Translations under genes and position numbers: made by a program | Shown here: positions 1 through 9,163 of the stretch, one piece after another | How positions within the stretch are numbered: the first letter of the stretch is position 1 | How the letters are laid out: every line of letters starts with the position of its first letter | NCBI GenBank assembly: GCA_023228995.1 | Contig: JALOAD010000002.1 | Coordinates: forward strand, 86,245 to 150,244 | Length of the DNA: 64,000 nt | From: Candidatus Muiribacterium halophilum | GTDB taxonomy: Bacteria; Muiribacteriota; Muiribacteriia; Muiribacteriales; Muiribacteriaceae | Reading direction: 5' to 3' | The notes under the pieces: generated by a model | Database searches by the model: none | Seen by the model: only the letters and a program-made list of their open reading frames with translations | Told to the model about the DNA's origin: nothing

Positions 1-37
1 TAATGGAAAGATTGCTGTTTTAAATTAAGGGGGAAGG

Positions 38-715
38 ATGAAAAAAACATTTAGTTTATGTTTCATAATAATTACATTTTTAGCATTATTATCAGGTTGT
101 GGTTCAAGTGGAGGAGATGATTTTGGCTCAAATTCAATACTTCCAGGTAATATTACTGGTAATTCTAATGCTTCGACTATAATAATGGAAGCAAAATCCG
201 ATATAAATACAGGAACAACATCTTCATTTAAAAATGCTCTTGAAAAACTCAATAAACTTGAAAGTAATCCTACTTATTCACCTTCGCCAGAAGAAAAACT
301 TCTTATAAAAACAGGTATAAAATATTGTGAAATTCAGCTTGATCAATCTCCAATCGAAAGCACAACAACATCAAGTTATCTTGAAAACATAATAACTTCA
401 TCTATAACCTCAGGAATTAAAATACCTCAAGATACTTATTATATTTTAGCATGTAGTTATTATGGTCAGAGAAATAATCAGGATGCTATTGAAATGATGA
501 AAAATATAGGAAAAGTAAATGGTATATTTGTACCTAATTTTACCTATACAAGTGAATTTCAAATTGCAAAAAGTGGCGATGCACATGCATTAATGGCTTT
601 GCTTTATTATATTAATGGAGATAATTCAAATGCAATATTACAAAAATCATTTGTAATAGATTATTCTTCAATTGGTGCAGATTATCTTGCTAAATTTCCA
701 AATGCTGGTCTTTAA
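38..715 (+). CDS. Hypothetical lipoprotein (225 aa)
   Basis: The ORF begins with a signal peptide and lipobox-like LLSGCGSS, with the Cys following a hydrophobic stretch. GGAGG-like RBS (gggggaagg) sits upstream. The sequence is S/T/N-rich with no recognisable catalytic motif. Confidence 0.55.
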   Translation: MKKTFSLCFIIITFLALLSGCGSSGGDDFGSNSILPGNITGNSNASTIIMEAKSDINTGTTSSFKNALEKLNKLESNPTYSPSPEEKLLIKTGIKYCEIQLDQSPIESTTTSSYLENIITSSITSGIKIPQDTYYILACSYYGQRNNQDAIEMMKNIGKVNGIFVPNFTYTSEFQIAKSGDAHALMALLYYINGDNSNAILQKSFVIDYSSIGADYLAKFPNAGL

Positions 716-734
716 AAAATATATGGAGGCTTAA

Positions 735-3700
735 ATGAAAAGAATTTTATTGATATTTATTCTTATAATAAGTAGTTTTTCTGCTTTAAGTATGCCTCCA
801 ATTCCAGGAAACAACAATTATAAAGATTATCCAGATTATAAAGTTTTAAATAAAAATGCTAAATATGCTCCAGGTATTAATCGTGCTCAACAGGTTATAG
901 GAAATAAATCTATTCTTGTTATAAAAGTTAGGTTTACAGATGAAGCTATGGTTACATCAGATCCTGCAATTGTATCATTATTTGATAATGTTAAAACTTT
1001 TTATTCTGAAAATTCAAGAAATCTTACAAATCTTAATTTCACATTTACAACAATCTATGCACTTCCTAATACTTATGCTTATTATGGAGCTGATTCTGGT
1101 GGAATAGATACTAATGTTGCTAATTATTTTATTACAGCAGCTTTATCTAATGCAGATCCAGATGTTAATTTTAACTCTTATGATCATGTAGTTATTTTAC
1201 ATGCAGGTAGCGGGCAGGAAAGTGATTCAGCAGGAACAAATTCTCATTTGATATGGTCAGCTGTATATTCTGGTATAAATTACAATACAGATGATGGTAT
1301 TGTTCTCCAAAGTGTTGCTATTGTCCCTGAAACTGAACTTTCAGGTTATTCAAGTTTTGGTGTTATATGTCATGAACTTGGACATGAACTTGGCAAATTG
1401 CCAGATCTTTATTCAACAAATAATTCAAATGATGGAATTGGTATATGGGGACTTATGGGTAATGCTGGTTGGCTTGGTAATGGAAATACTCCAGGTCATT
1501 TTTGTGCATGGTCCAAAGTTCAAATGGGTTGGGTAAATCCTATAGTTAAAAGCTCAAATGAAACAAATATCAATATATATGATGATGCTTCTACAAAAAC
1601 AGTAATTAAAGTTGAAAAATCACCTGGAAGTCAAGAATATTTTCTCATAGAAAATAGATATAGAAATTCAGGATATGATTCACAGCTTCCGGGCAAAGGT
1701 ATTCTTATTTGGCATGTTGATGATTCACAGTCAAATAATAACAATACTTCAAGAAGACTTGTTGCTCTTGAAGAAGCTGATGGTGGAAATGATCTTGATG
1801 TTTATAATGGAACAGGTTCTCAAAATACAGATGTTTATCCGATTGGAAACAATGTTTTTTCAGATACTTCAAATCCAAATTCAAAATGGTATGATAATTC
1901 AAGCTCGAATTTGAGGGTTTATGATATTACAGCTTCATCTTCTACTGCTTTATTGTCTATTCAACTTTCTACAATACAAGCTCCTGTTATTTCTTCTGTA
2001 ACAACAGAAGATTCAGGATATATTCAAAAGACAGAGTTTAATATTGGAGAAACTGTATATATTAAAGCTTTGCTTACATCAGGTGAATCTATTAATACAA
2101 AAACAGTTTCAATAACTGGTCCAAATTCATATTCATCAGGAGATATAGTCCTTACAACTGTTTCTCCTTTAGAATATAATACTTCTTGGTCAAGTGTTGG
2201 AAAAGAAACTGGTACATATTCTTATACTGTTACAATTGCAAATACCGGTGGAAACGATACTAGAACTTCAAGTTTTACAATTGTTGATCCAACACCTTCT
2301 GTTGTAACTCTTTTATCACCAGATGATAATGCAGATATTGGAACTAAATTCCCAACTTTTAGATGGCAAGGGTTAATGAGTCAACCTGATGTATATATAT
2401 TGCAAATAGATACAAGAGAAGATTTTAATTCTACATTTGCAAAAACTTTAAATGGAGATCAGACTGAATATACTCTTGAAGTGTCTGATGTTGCTCTTGT
2501 CGTAGATACTCTTTATTATTGGAGAGTCTTTGGTATTAAAGGTGGTTTTTCTTCAGTAGAAGGAGCTGTAAAAAGAACATTTACTGTTGTTATTGACGAA
2601 GCTGGTCCAGAAGTATCTCAGGTGTTTCCAACAGCTGATTCACAGGATAATCCAATTGACACTACAGTTTTAGTTACATTTAATGAAAGTATAGATCAGG
2701 CAAGTATTACTGCTAATAGTATATATTTAAGTGTTGGTGGTAATAAAGTTAATACTTCTCTTGTTTATGATGAAAATTCAAAAACTGTAAGTATTACTGG
2801 CAATAACCCTTTTATTTATGATTCTGAATATACATTAACTGTTATTGGTGGAGAAACTAATCCAGATTCTTTAACAGATATTTCTGGCAATAAAATGGCT
2901 GCAACATTTAATTCAAAATTTAATACTGTTAAATATCCTTCTTTACAAAATTTTAATGTATCAGATAAACCAGGTGATGCTGGTGGTTTTTTTATTGTAA
3001 ATTTTGATATACCACAAAATCCTGTTGATGTAACTGCCTATATTGAAACTGTTAAATTTTACTATTTAAAAAAAGAAACTGAATTTCTTCAAACAGATAT
3101 AGCTGCTGCAACTCTTATTACTAAAACTATGATTGAACTTGCAGGAAATACAGAATTTGAAATAGAAATAACAGATTCTATAGATTATTTTTATGCTTTT
3201 GGTATTGAATATATTACAAAATCTGGTAAAACTTCAAAATTAGCAACTTTATCAGGTAAAAAATCTTATAATGATGCAAATATTGTCCAATATGTTAATT
3301 ATGAAATACAGCCTAATGCTACTGTTTCAGGAGTCGCAACTGAATATACTCTTTGGTTGCAGCCTGTTTATTCTGATTCTTCACATACTGGATTTGATAA
3401 AATACTTATTGATGTAAGTGATTTTGCAAATATTGATAGTAGTCAAAGTATTTTTTCAATAGAAGGAAATGAATATACAAGAAGTGCAAATCCTACTGCT
3501 CAAGAATTTGATGTTATTGTTAATGGAAATACAGTTGAAGTTGTAATTGGTAATCTTATAACAAATGAAATTGCAAATAATAAAGTGATTATATTTAATT
3601 TTAAAGCAACTACTGCTGGTAATTCAGGAGAAGAAAAACAATTTAATATGGTTCTTGAAAATACAGTTTATAATAAAATTTTATCAGAAACTGATATTTT

Positions 3701-6700
3701 TACCAGCAATGTTGATGGTAATTCTGGAAATGGCGATGGTAATACTATTATAATAAAAAACACAGTATCATCTGTTATAGCTGAAGTTATTCCTGATAGA
3801 TTTGGAATTGAATCAACAGCTGAAGTAACTCTTTTTATAAAAGTAGAAGCTGATGATAATTCACTTGGATTTGATAAAGTACAGTTTACACTTCCTGATA
3901 ATTATTATCCTGTTGATACTGAAGAATGGACTATTTTAAAAAATGGAGTTCTTGTTTCAAATGAAAATTATAATATAAATATATCAGGATATGTTTCAAC
4001 AATACATTTTAATAATCCTTATGAAGGTTCAATTAATATTGAATTAAAACTAAAGATGTTTACTCCGCCAGTTCAGGATATAAGCACAGGTGGAGCTAAT
4101 ATAAATGGTAATGTAGATAGAGAAGGAGTTAATGTTCCTGTACCTTTCACTGAGGGAGATGCTGATTTTAATCCTGGTAATTATGATAATCTTAATATTC
4201 AAACCGGTAAACTTTGCGAACAGATACTTTCAGAAGTATATCCATATATTGTACCTGGAAATAAAGAAGAATTTTTTACATTATATTTTAAACCTTTTAT
4301 TAATGCGAGTAATCTTGGATACAATAAATTTGTAATAAATACTGGTAAAAATTTTCATTCACATTCTATAAATTCTTTTAATGTTGATGGAAGTTCGGAT
4401 TTTATAAATACTTTTAATATTAATCCACAGCCTACGGAATATTATTCAAATATTACACAAGATAGTGAAGGAAATACTATTATTACAATAATATCTGGTT
4501 TGAAATTTAATATACAGCATCATAATAAAGTTGTAAAACTTGGTTTTAATATGACTTCAAAAGATATAGTTAGTACCGGAGAACAAATTTTAATAAGTGC
4601 ATATAACACTTTAATACCTGGAAGAATTGCAGTTATTTCAGGAGATGCAGATATATTAGTTAATTCTGAAAGACTCGATATTAAAATACAAAAACCAGCT
4701 ACAAATGTTAATGCTGAGATTATTCCATCTAAAGTAATTGCTCAAAATAAAACTGATTTAACACTTTATGTTAAACCTGATATAAATGCTGCTGAAAATT
4801 CAGGAGTTAATTATATTGAAGTTGAATTAGGTCAGAATTTTAAACTTTCATGTGCAACATCTGAAATAAGAATATGGGATCAAGTTACTTCACCATCATC
4901 AGGAAGAGAATTATTACATTCTAATACAAATACACCTTTAGCTTCTTATGTTTGGGTTGAATCTGACCCTGCAAAAACTTCTTTTACTCTTAAACTTGGC
5001 GATACACTTCTTTCAACAAATACATATAAAATTATTTTTAAAGCTGAAGTTCCTGAAAATATGCAGAATGCTACTGATTTTGTAGTTAAAGCTGATAACT
5101 ATGTATCTACTTCTGTAATTGTTGCAGAAGCTTCTAATTGTGATTTTGATGCGGATAATGATAATAAACTTTCTGTTACAACTGGTAATCTTATAGATAC
5201 TTCTTATTCAGAAATTTATGTTCAAGAAGTTGTTAATAAAGTCAATAGTGTAGCTTATGGTTCTACTTCAAATAACATTGTTTTATCAGCGTTACCTTCA
5301 TTTAGTTCTGAAAATAATTTTGGATTTAACAGATTACTTTTGGAAATTCCTTCAAATTTTAGTAATCCTGACTTTAATTCATCTCAAGTTAAAATTGGAG
5401 AAATAACATTTACAAAAACATCTTCTGCACCTGGAGAAACAGAATGTAGAATAATTCATAATCCAATTGCGGGTAATACTGGCGGTACAATTGAAATTCA
5501 ATTTGGCAAAACAATAGATATTACATGGCCTTTTAATCAAAAAAATACTTTCTTTGATTTTAAAATAGATGCTCCATCTCAAGAAGGTGAATTTTTATTT
5601 AAATTATTTTGTAAAAATACAAATATATCCTCTGATATGAAACAGAAATTTTATGAAGGAGTTACAGGAATAACAATTCATCAAACAGAAATTATGAAAG
5701 TAAATGTAGTAAAAACTCCTGCAAAATCTTTTATTGCAGAAATTTCACCTACAAATTTGAAACCTTCAATAAGTAATCAGAAATTTATACTTTCATCTTT
5801 AATAACTTTCGATGCACAAAATTCAGGAATTAAATCATTTAAAATAGATTATCCTGATACATATTCAAATGTAACTTTTTCACAGTTATTAGGTGCATCA
5901 TTATTAATAAATGGTGTAAATTGTGCAATTACAACATCTCCAGCTCCAATTGGAAATGTTGTTTATTTTAAAAATTACGATTCAGAAAAATATTTCACTT
6001 TAACTTTAGGAACTTTATTAAAACAAGATGCGACTTCTCAAAAAAACATTCAAATAACTTTTTATGCTTCAAATACAACTGTTCCTGATTCACCAAATGG
6101 TAAATCTTTTAACATAACAGCATTAAGCGATGCATTAAATCCTCTTTCAATTATAGCAACAGAAGGAAATGTTCCTGGAAATCCATCTTCTGATAATTTA
6201 TTAAAAGTAATATCAGCAAATTCTGTAAATAGTATGAGAGGTGAGTTTAAAATAGTAGGAAGCTCAGGTTTTTCTGGAGAAAATAAAAATCTTATAATGT
6301 ATAACAGTATTTTAAATAAAGTAGATTATTTTACAAGTTTGAATTTTATTTCAGGTAATAGAGGAGTTAATCAATTAGGATTTGTATTTGATACAAGATT
6401 TCTTCCAGGTGGAACAAATCCAATTGTAAACGGAACTTTAAAAATATGGGAAGGGGAAACAGAAATTCTTTATGAAAATCCTCAATGGAGTGGAAATACC
6501 TATTATATAACATTAAAAACAATTATTACTGAAAATATAATATTAAAAATTCAATTTGATATGGATGGACCTAATAATATATCTGCTGTAGATGAAGAAG
6601 TTCCGTTGCAGATTTTTGCAGATTATCATTTTGCAGCGTTTAATGTAATAGATGATGGATATAATTTTAGGGTTGACGCAACTTCTGCCAATATTACATC

Positions 6701-9113
6701 TTTGTGTCAAACTGATTCAATTTATTATACATGTGTAAAAACTCCAGCACAGAAAGCTTTTGCAGAAATACATCCTATAAGTACATTTATAAATAAAACA
6801 GAGAATTATGAGCTTACAATACTTCCAGAAATAACTGCTGCTAATTCAGGTGTAGATGTAATAAGACTTAATATTCCAGCGACTTTTTCAAACATTGTAT
6901 TTTCAAGTCTTAAAATTAGAGGTGCTCAAATTACAGAAGGAGTTGATTTTGCAAGAAGTCAGAGTGGAAATACTATAACTTTATCACTTATAAATGATGT
7001 TATAACAAGTGTAGATAATCAAAAAATAATTGTAAATTATCAAGCAACAGCTCAGTCACAGCATATATACAGTACAAACGAAGTATCAATATATGTAGGA
7101 AATTCTCTATCAGCAAAAGAAATTCCTGTAATTGGTGGTAATGCAAATGCTTCAATAAGTACTGATATGATTGATATAGAAATAAGAGCTCTTGCTTCAA
7201 AAGCTTTAGGTTATATAACACCTGATTTTATGGTTATTGATTCAACAAATAATATATTTACCTTAAATCTTGACCTTGATTTTAATACAAGAGATCTTGG
7301 AGCTAAATACATAAATATTGATATACCAGTTGAATTTACTAATTTAGATTTTGATTCTTCTACAATGAAAATAAATAATAATACATTTAATATAATTAGA
7401 TCTGCTTTTCCAGGTGCAAATGATGTGCTTTTAAATTATAATGAAACTACTAACAAAGTTCTTTTAACTTTTGGTACTAATATAAAACAACAATCCAATA
7501 TTGAGTTTACTTTTAAAATGGATGCACCGCATAATCCTTTAAATAAATCATTTAAACTTAGTATTATAAATACAGCTAATAATGTTAATCAGAATATTTT
7601 AGAAAAATACACTGGTTCTTTTAATGTTTCAACAGAAAAAGCTTCTATAGATAATATAGCAATTCAAAGCTATCTTGAAGCTGATTCACAGGGAAATTGG
7701 AAAGTTAATATTAAAATACCTTTTAATGTTCTTATGGATACTGATTATCCAGGTCCTGATATTTATCTTAATGGTACAAAAGTAACAGTATTAAAATACA
7801 ATAATATTCCTTATCCATCATATAGTGATCCTGTTAGAGGTGTTGTAGAAGGAATTGCTTATATTCCTTATGATAAATTAAAAGGAAATAATAAAGATAT
7901 TCTCACTATGTCCAAACTTAAAGATACAAGAGGAAATTTAATTACACCAGAACCAGTTTTTATCAATTCAGGTTATGGAATTGCTTTATCTATATTTTTA
8001 AATCCTGTTGATAGAAAAAATCTTACTGTTGTGGCAAGAATTTCTGAACCATTAAAAGATGGACATACTTTAATATTTGAAGCAAGAGAATTTGGTGGAA
8101 CATCCAAAAGACTTTTTACTATGAAAAATACAGCTGATATATATTCAGCAGTTTATAATATTGATAAAGATGGAACACCACTTATAACAGCTTCTATTTA
8201 TGATAATTTTTCTCAGACAAATGAAGAAATTCTTAAAATGATTTCAAAAGAAGTGAAAAGTTTGAGATTATCTCCAGAAAAACCTAAAGAAATAGCATTT
8301 TCAGGTATGAAAATGAACTTTTTGAAAAACACTGTTGGAATTGAATCAATAGGTTATATATCTGATTTTGATTATATAAGTGAAAATCCAAATATAGAAG
8401 TTACAAAAAGTTTTGATTTTTCAGTTAATTCTCAACTAAGAAAATCAGTAGTTTTAACAAAAGAAAAGAGTGAAAAAAACGAATTACTTTATACAATAAA
8501 AGATGGCAAACTTCTTTTTGTTTGTAACTTGAATGATGGAAAATACAATTTATCAGAAAATGCAAAATATGTTATAGCAAAAGATAAAAAAGCTCCTAAT
8601 ATAAAGGAATTTAAAGTTGAAGAAAATATATTATCATATTTTGTTGAAGATGAGGAATCAAGAGTAAAATCAATTACAGCAACTATTAATGGAAAAAAAT
8701 ACAATGCAGTTGCAGGAAGAGGAAATGTAAAACTTTCACAAGGAATTCATAATATTGAATTTGAAGCAGAAGATATGGCTGGAAATATAGCAAATCATAA
8801 AGTAACTGTAAGAATAAACAAAGCTCCAATAATATCAGGTTTTTCAGTATATCCAGTTCCAGCTGATAAATTTGTTAATTTTAAGATAAATACAACAGCT
8901 TCATCAGAAAACAAATTAAAGATATTGGATAATTCAGGTAAATTGATTTATTCTTATAGATGGACAGGTTCAGGTGGCAATGATTTTATCACTTGGGATT
9001 TAGTTGATAGAAAAGGTAGAAATGTAGCAAATGGTGTATATTTTTACAAAATTGAGAGTCAGGATAGTTCTGGAAAAGAAGAAAAAACTGGAAAACTTGC
9101 CGTATTAAAGTGA
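735..9113 (+). CDS. Giant secreted surface protein (2792 aa): N-terminal M6 (immune inhibitor A-like) zinc metalloprotease, Ig-like/SbsA-like repeats, C-terminal T9SS-type (Por_Secre_tail-like) sorting domain
   Basis: N-terminal signal peptide MKRILLIFILIISSFSALS. The zinc motif HELGHELGKLPDLYS (HEXXH-x2-G-x3-DLY, nt ~1369-1413) is typical of M6/InhA proteases. Many approximately 100-aa beta-rich repeats follow, for example the SbsA Ig-like pattern '...VLVTFNESIDQASITANSIYLSVGGNKV...'. The last ~85 aa (FSVYPVPADKFVNFKI...LKILDNSGKLIYSYRW...GVYFYKIES...KTGKLAVLK) match the T9SS C-terminal-domain consensus. Confidence 0.85.
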   Translation: MKRILLIFILIISSFSALSMPPIPGNNNYKDYPDYKVLNKNAKYAPGINRAQQVIGNKSILVIKVRFTDEAMVTSDPAIVSLFDNVKTFYSENSRNLTNLNFTFTTIYALPNTYAYYGADSGGIDTNVANYFITAALSNADPDVNFNSYDHVVILHAGSGQESDSAGTNSHLIWSAVYSGINYNTDDGIVLQSVAIVPETELSGYSSFGVICHELGHELGKLPDLYSTNNSNDGIGIWGLMGNAGWLGNGNTPGHFCAWSKVQMGWVNPIVKSSNETNINIYDDASTKTVIKVEKSPGSQEYFLIENRYRNSGYDSQLPGKGILIWHVDDSQSNNNNTSRRLVALEEADGGNDLDVYNGTGSQNTDVYPIGNNVFSDTSNPNSKWYDNSSSNLRVYDITASSSTALLSIQLSTIQAPVISSVTTEDSGYIQKTEFNIGETVYIKALLTSGESINTKTVSITGPNSYSSGDIVLTTVSPLEYNTSWSSVGKETGTYSYTVTIANTGGNDTRTSSFTIVDPTPSVVTLLSPDDNADIGTKFPTFRWQGLMSQPDVYILQIDTREDFNSTFAKTLNGDQTEYTLEVSDVALVVDTLYYWRVFGIKGGFSSVEGAVKRTFTVVIDEAGPEVSQVFPTADSQDNPIDTTVLVTFNESIDQASITANSIYLSVGGNKVNTSLVYDENSKTVSITGNNPFIYDSEYTLTVIGGETNPDSLTDISGNKMAATFNSKFNTVKYPSLQNFNVSDKPGDAGGFFIVNFDIPQNPVDVTAYIETVKFYYLKKETEFLQTDIAAATLITKTMIELAGNTEFEIEITDSIDYFYAFGIEYITKSGKTSKLATLSGKKSYNDANIVQYVNYEIQPNATVSGVATEYTLWLQPVYSDSSHTGFDKILIDVSDFANIDSSQSIFSIEGNEYTRSANPTAQEFDVIVNGNTVEVVIGNLITNEIANNKVIIFNFKATTAGNSGEEKQFNMVLENTVYNKILSETDIFTSNVDGNSGNGDGNTIIIKNTVSSVIAEVIPDRFGIESTAEVTLFIKVEADDNSLGFDKVQFTLPDNYYPVDTEEWTILKNGVLVSNENYNINISGYVSTIHFNNPYEGSINIELKLKMFTPPVQDISTGGANINGNVDREGVNVPVPFTEGDADFNPGNYDNLNIQTGKLCEQILSEVYPYIVPGNKEEFFTLYFKPFINASNLGYNKFVINTGKNFHSHSINSFNVDGSSDFINTFNINPQPTEYYSNITQDSEGNTIITIISGLKFNIQHHNKVVKLGFNMTSKDIVSTGEQILISAYNTLIPGRIAVISGDADILVNSERLDIKIQKPATNVNAEIIPSKVIAQNKTDLTLYVKPDINAAENSGVNYIEVELGQNFKLSCATSEIRIWDQVTSPSSGRELLHSNTNTPLASYVWVESDPAKTSFTLKLGDTLLSTNTYKIIFKAEVPENMQNATDFVVKADNYVSTSVIVAEASNCDFDADNDNKLSVTTGNLIDTSYSEIYVQEVVNKVNSVAYGSTSNNIVLSALPSFSSENNFGFNRLLLEIPSNFSNPDFNSSQVKIGEITFTKTSSAPGETECRIIHNPIAGNTGGTIEIQFGKTIDITWPFNQKNTFFDFKIDAPSQEGEFLFKLFCKNTNISSDMKQKFYEGVTGITIHQTEIMKVNVVKTPAKSFIAEISPTNLKPSISNQKFILSSLITFDAQNSGIKSFKIDYPDTYSNVTFSQLLGASLLINGVNCAITTSPAPIGNVVYFKNYDSEKYFTLTLGTLLKQDATSQKNIQITFYASNTTVPDSPNGKSFNITALSDALNPLSIIATEGNVPGNPSSDNLLKVISANSVNSMRGEFKIVGSSGFSGENKNLIMYNSILNKVDYFTSLNFISGNRGVNQLGFVFDTRFLPGGTNPIVNGTLKIWEGETEILYENPQWSGNTYYITLKTIITENIILKIQFDMDGPNNISAVDEEVPLQIFADYHFAAFNVIDDGYNFRVDATSANITSLCQTDSIYYTCVKTPAQKAFAEIHPISTFINKTENYELTILPEITAANSGVDVIRLNIPATFSNIVFSSLKIRGAQITEGVDFARSQSGNTITLSLINDVITSVDNQKIIVNYQATAQSQHIYSTNEVSIYVGNSLSAKEIPVIGGNANASISTDMIDIEIRALASKALGYITPDFMVIDSTNNIFTLNLDLDFNTRDLGAKYINIDIPVEFTNLDFDSSTMKINNNTFNIIRSAFPGANDVLLNYNETTNKVLLTFGTNIKQQSNIEFTFKMDAPHNPLNKSFKLSIINTANNVNQNILEKYTGSFNVSTEKASIDNIAIQSYLEADSQGNWKVNIKIPFNVLMDTDYPGPDIYLNGTKVTVLKYNNIPYPSYSDPVRGVVEGIAYIPYDKLKGNNKDILTMSKLKDTRGNLITPEPVFINSGYGIALSIFLNPVDRKNLTVVARISEPLKDGHTLIFEAREFGGTSKRLFTMKNTADIYSAVYNIDKDGTPLITASIYDNFSQTNEEILKMISKEVKSLRLSPEKPKEIAFSGMKMNFLKNTVGIESIGYISDFDYISENPNIEVTKSFDFSVNSQLRKSVVLTKEKSEKNELLYTIKDGKLLFVCNLNDGKYNLSENAKYVIAKDKKAPNIKEFKVEENILSYFVEDEESRVKSITATINGKKYNAVAGRGNVKLSQGIHNIEFEAEDMAGNIANHKVTVRINKAPIISGFSVYPVPADKFVNFKINTTASSENKLKILDNSGKLIYSYRWTGSGGNDFITWDLVDRKGRNVANGVYFYKIESQDSSGKEEKTGKLAVLK

Positions 9114-9163
9114 TACTTTAGAAGTAAGAGGTGAGAAGTGAATAAAAGTAAAAATAAGAATAA

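Noticed and set aside
25-252. Minus-strand 75-aa ORF at the window start
   Set aside because: It is antisense to the RBS and N-terminus of the 38-715 lipoprotein gene and has no translation signals, so it is most likely spurious.
1291-8704. Internal and antisense ORFs of 60-100 aa within the giant protease gene (1291-1536, 1675-1914, 1705-1902, 4132-4335, 5379-5582, 7000-7221, 8489-8704)
   Set aside because: They are embedded in or antisense to a continuous 8.4-kb ORF with clear domain structure. Their I/L/F/K-rich composition is typical of spurious frames in AT-rich DNA.
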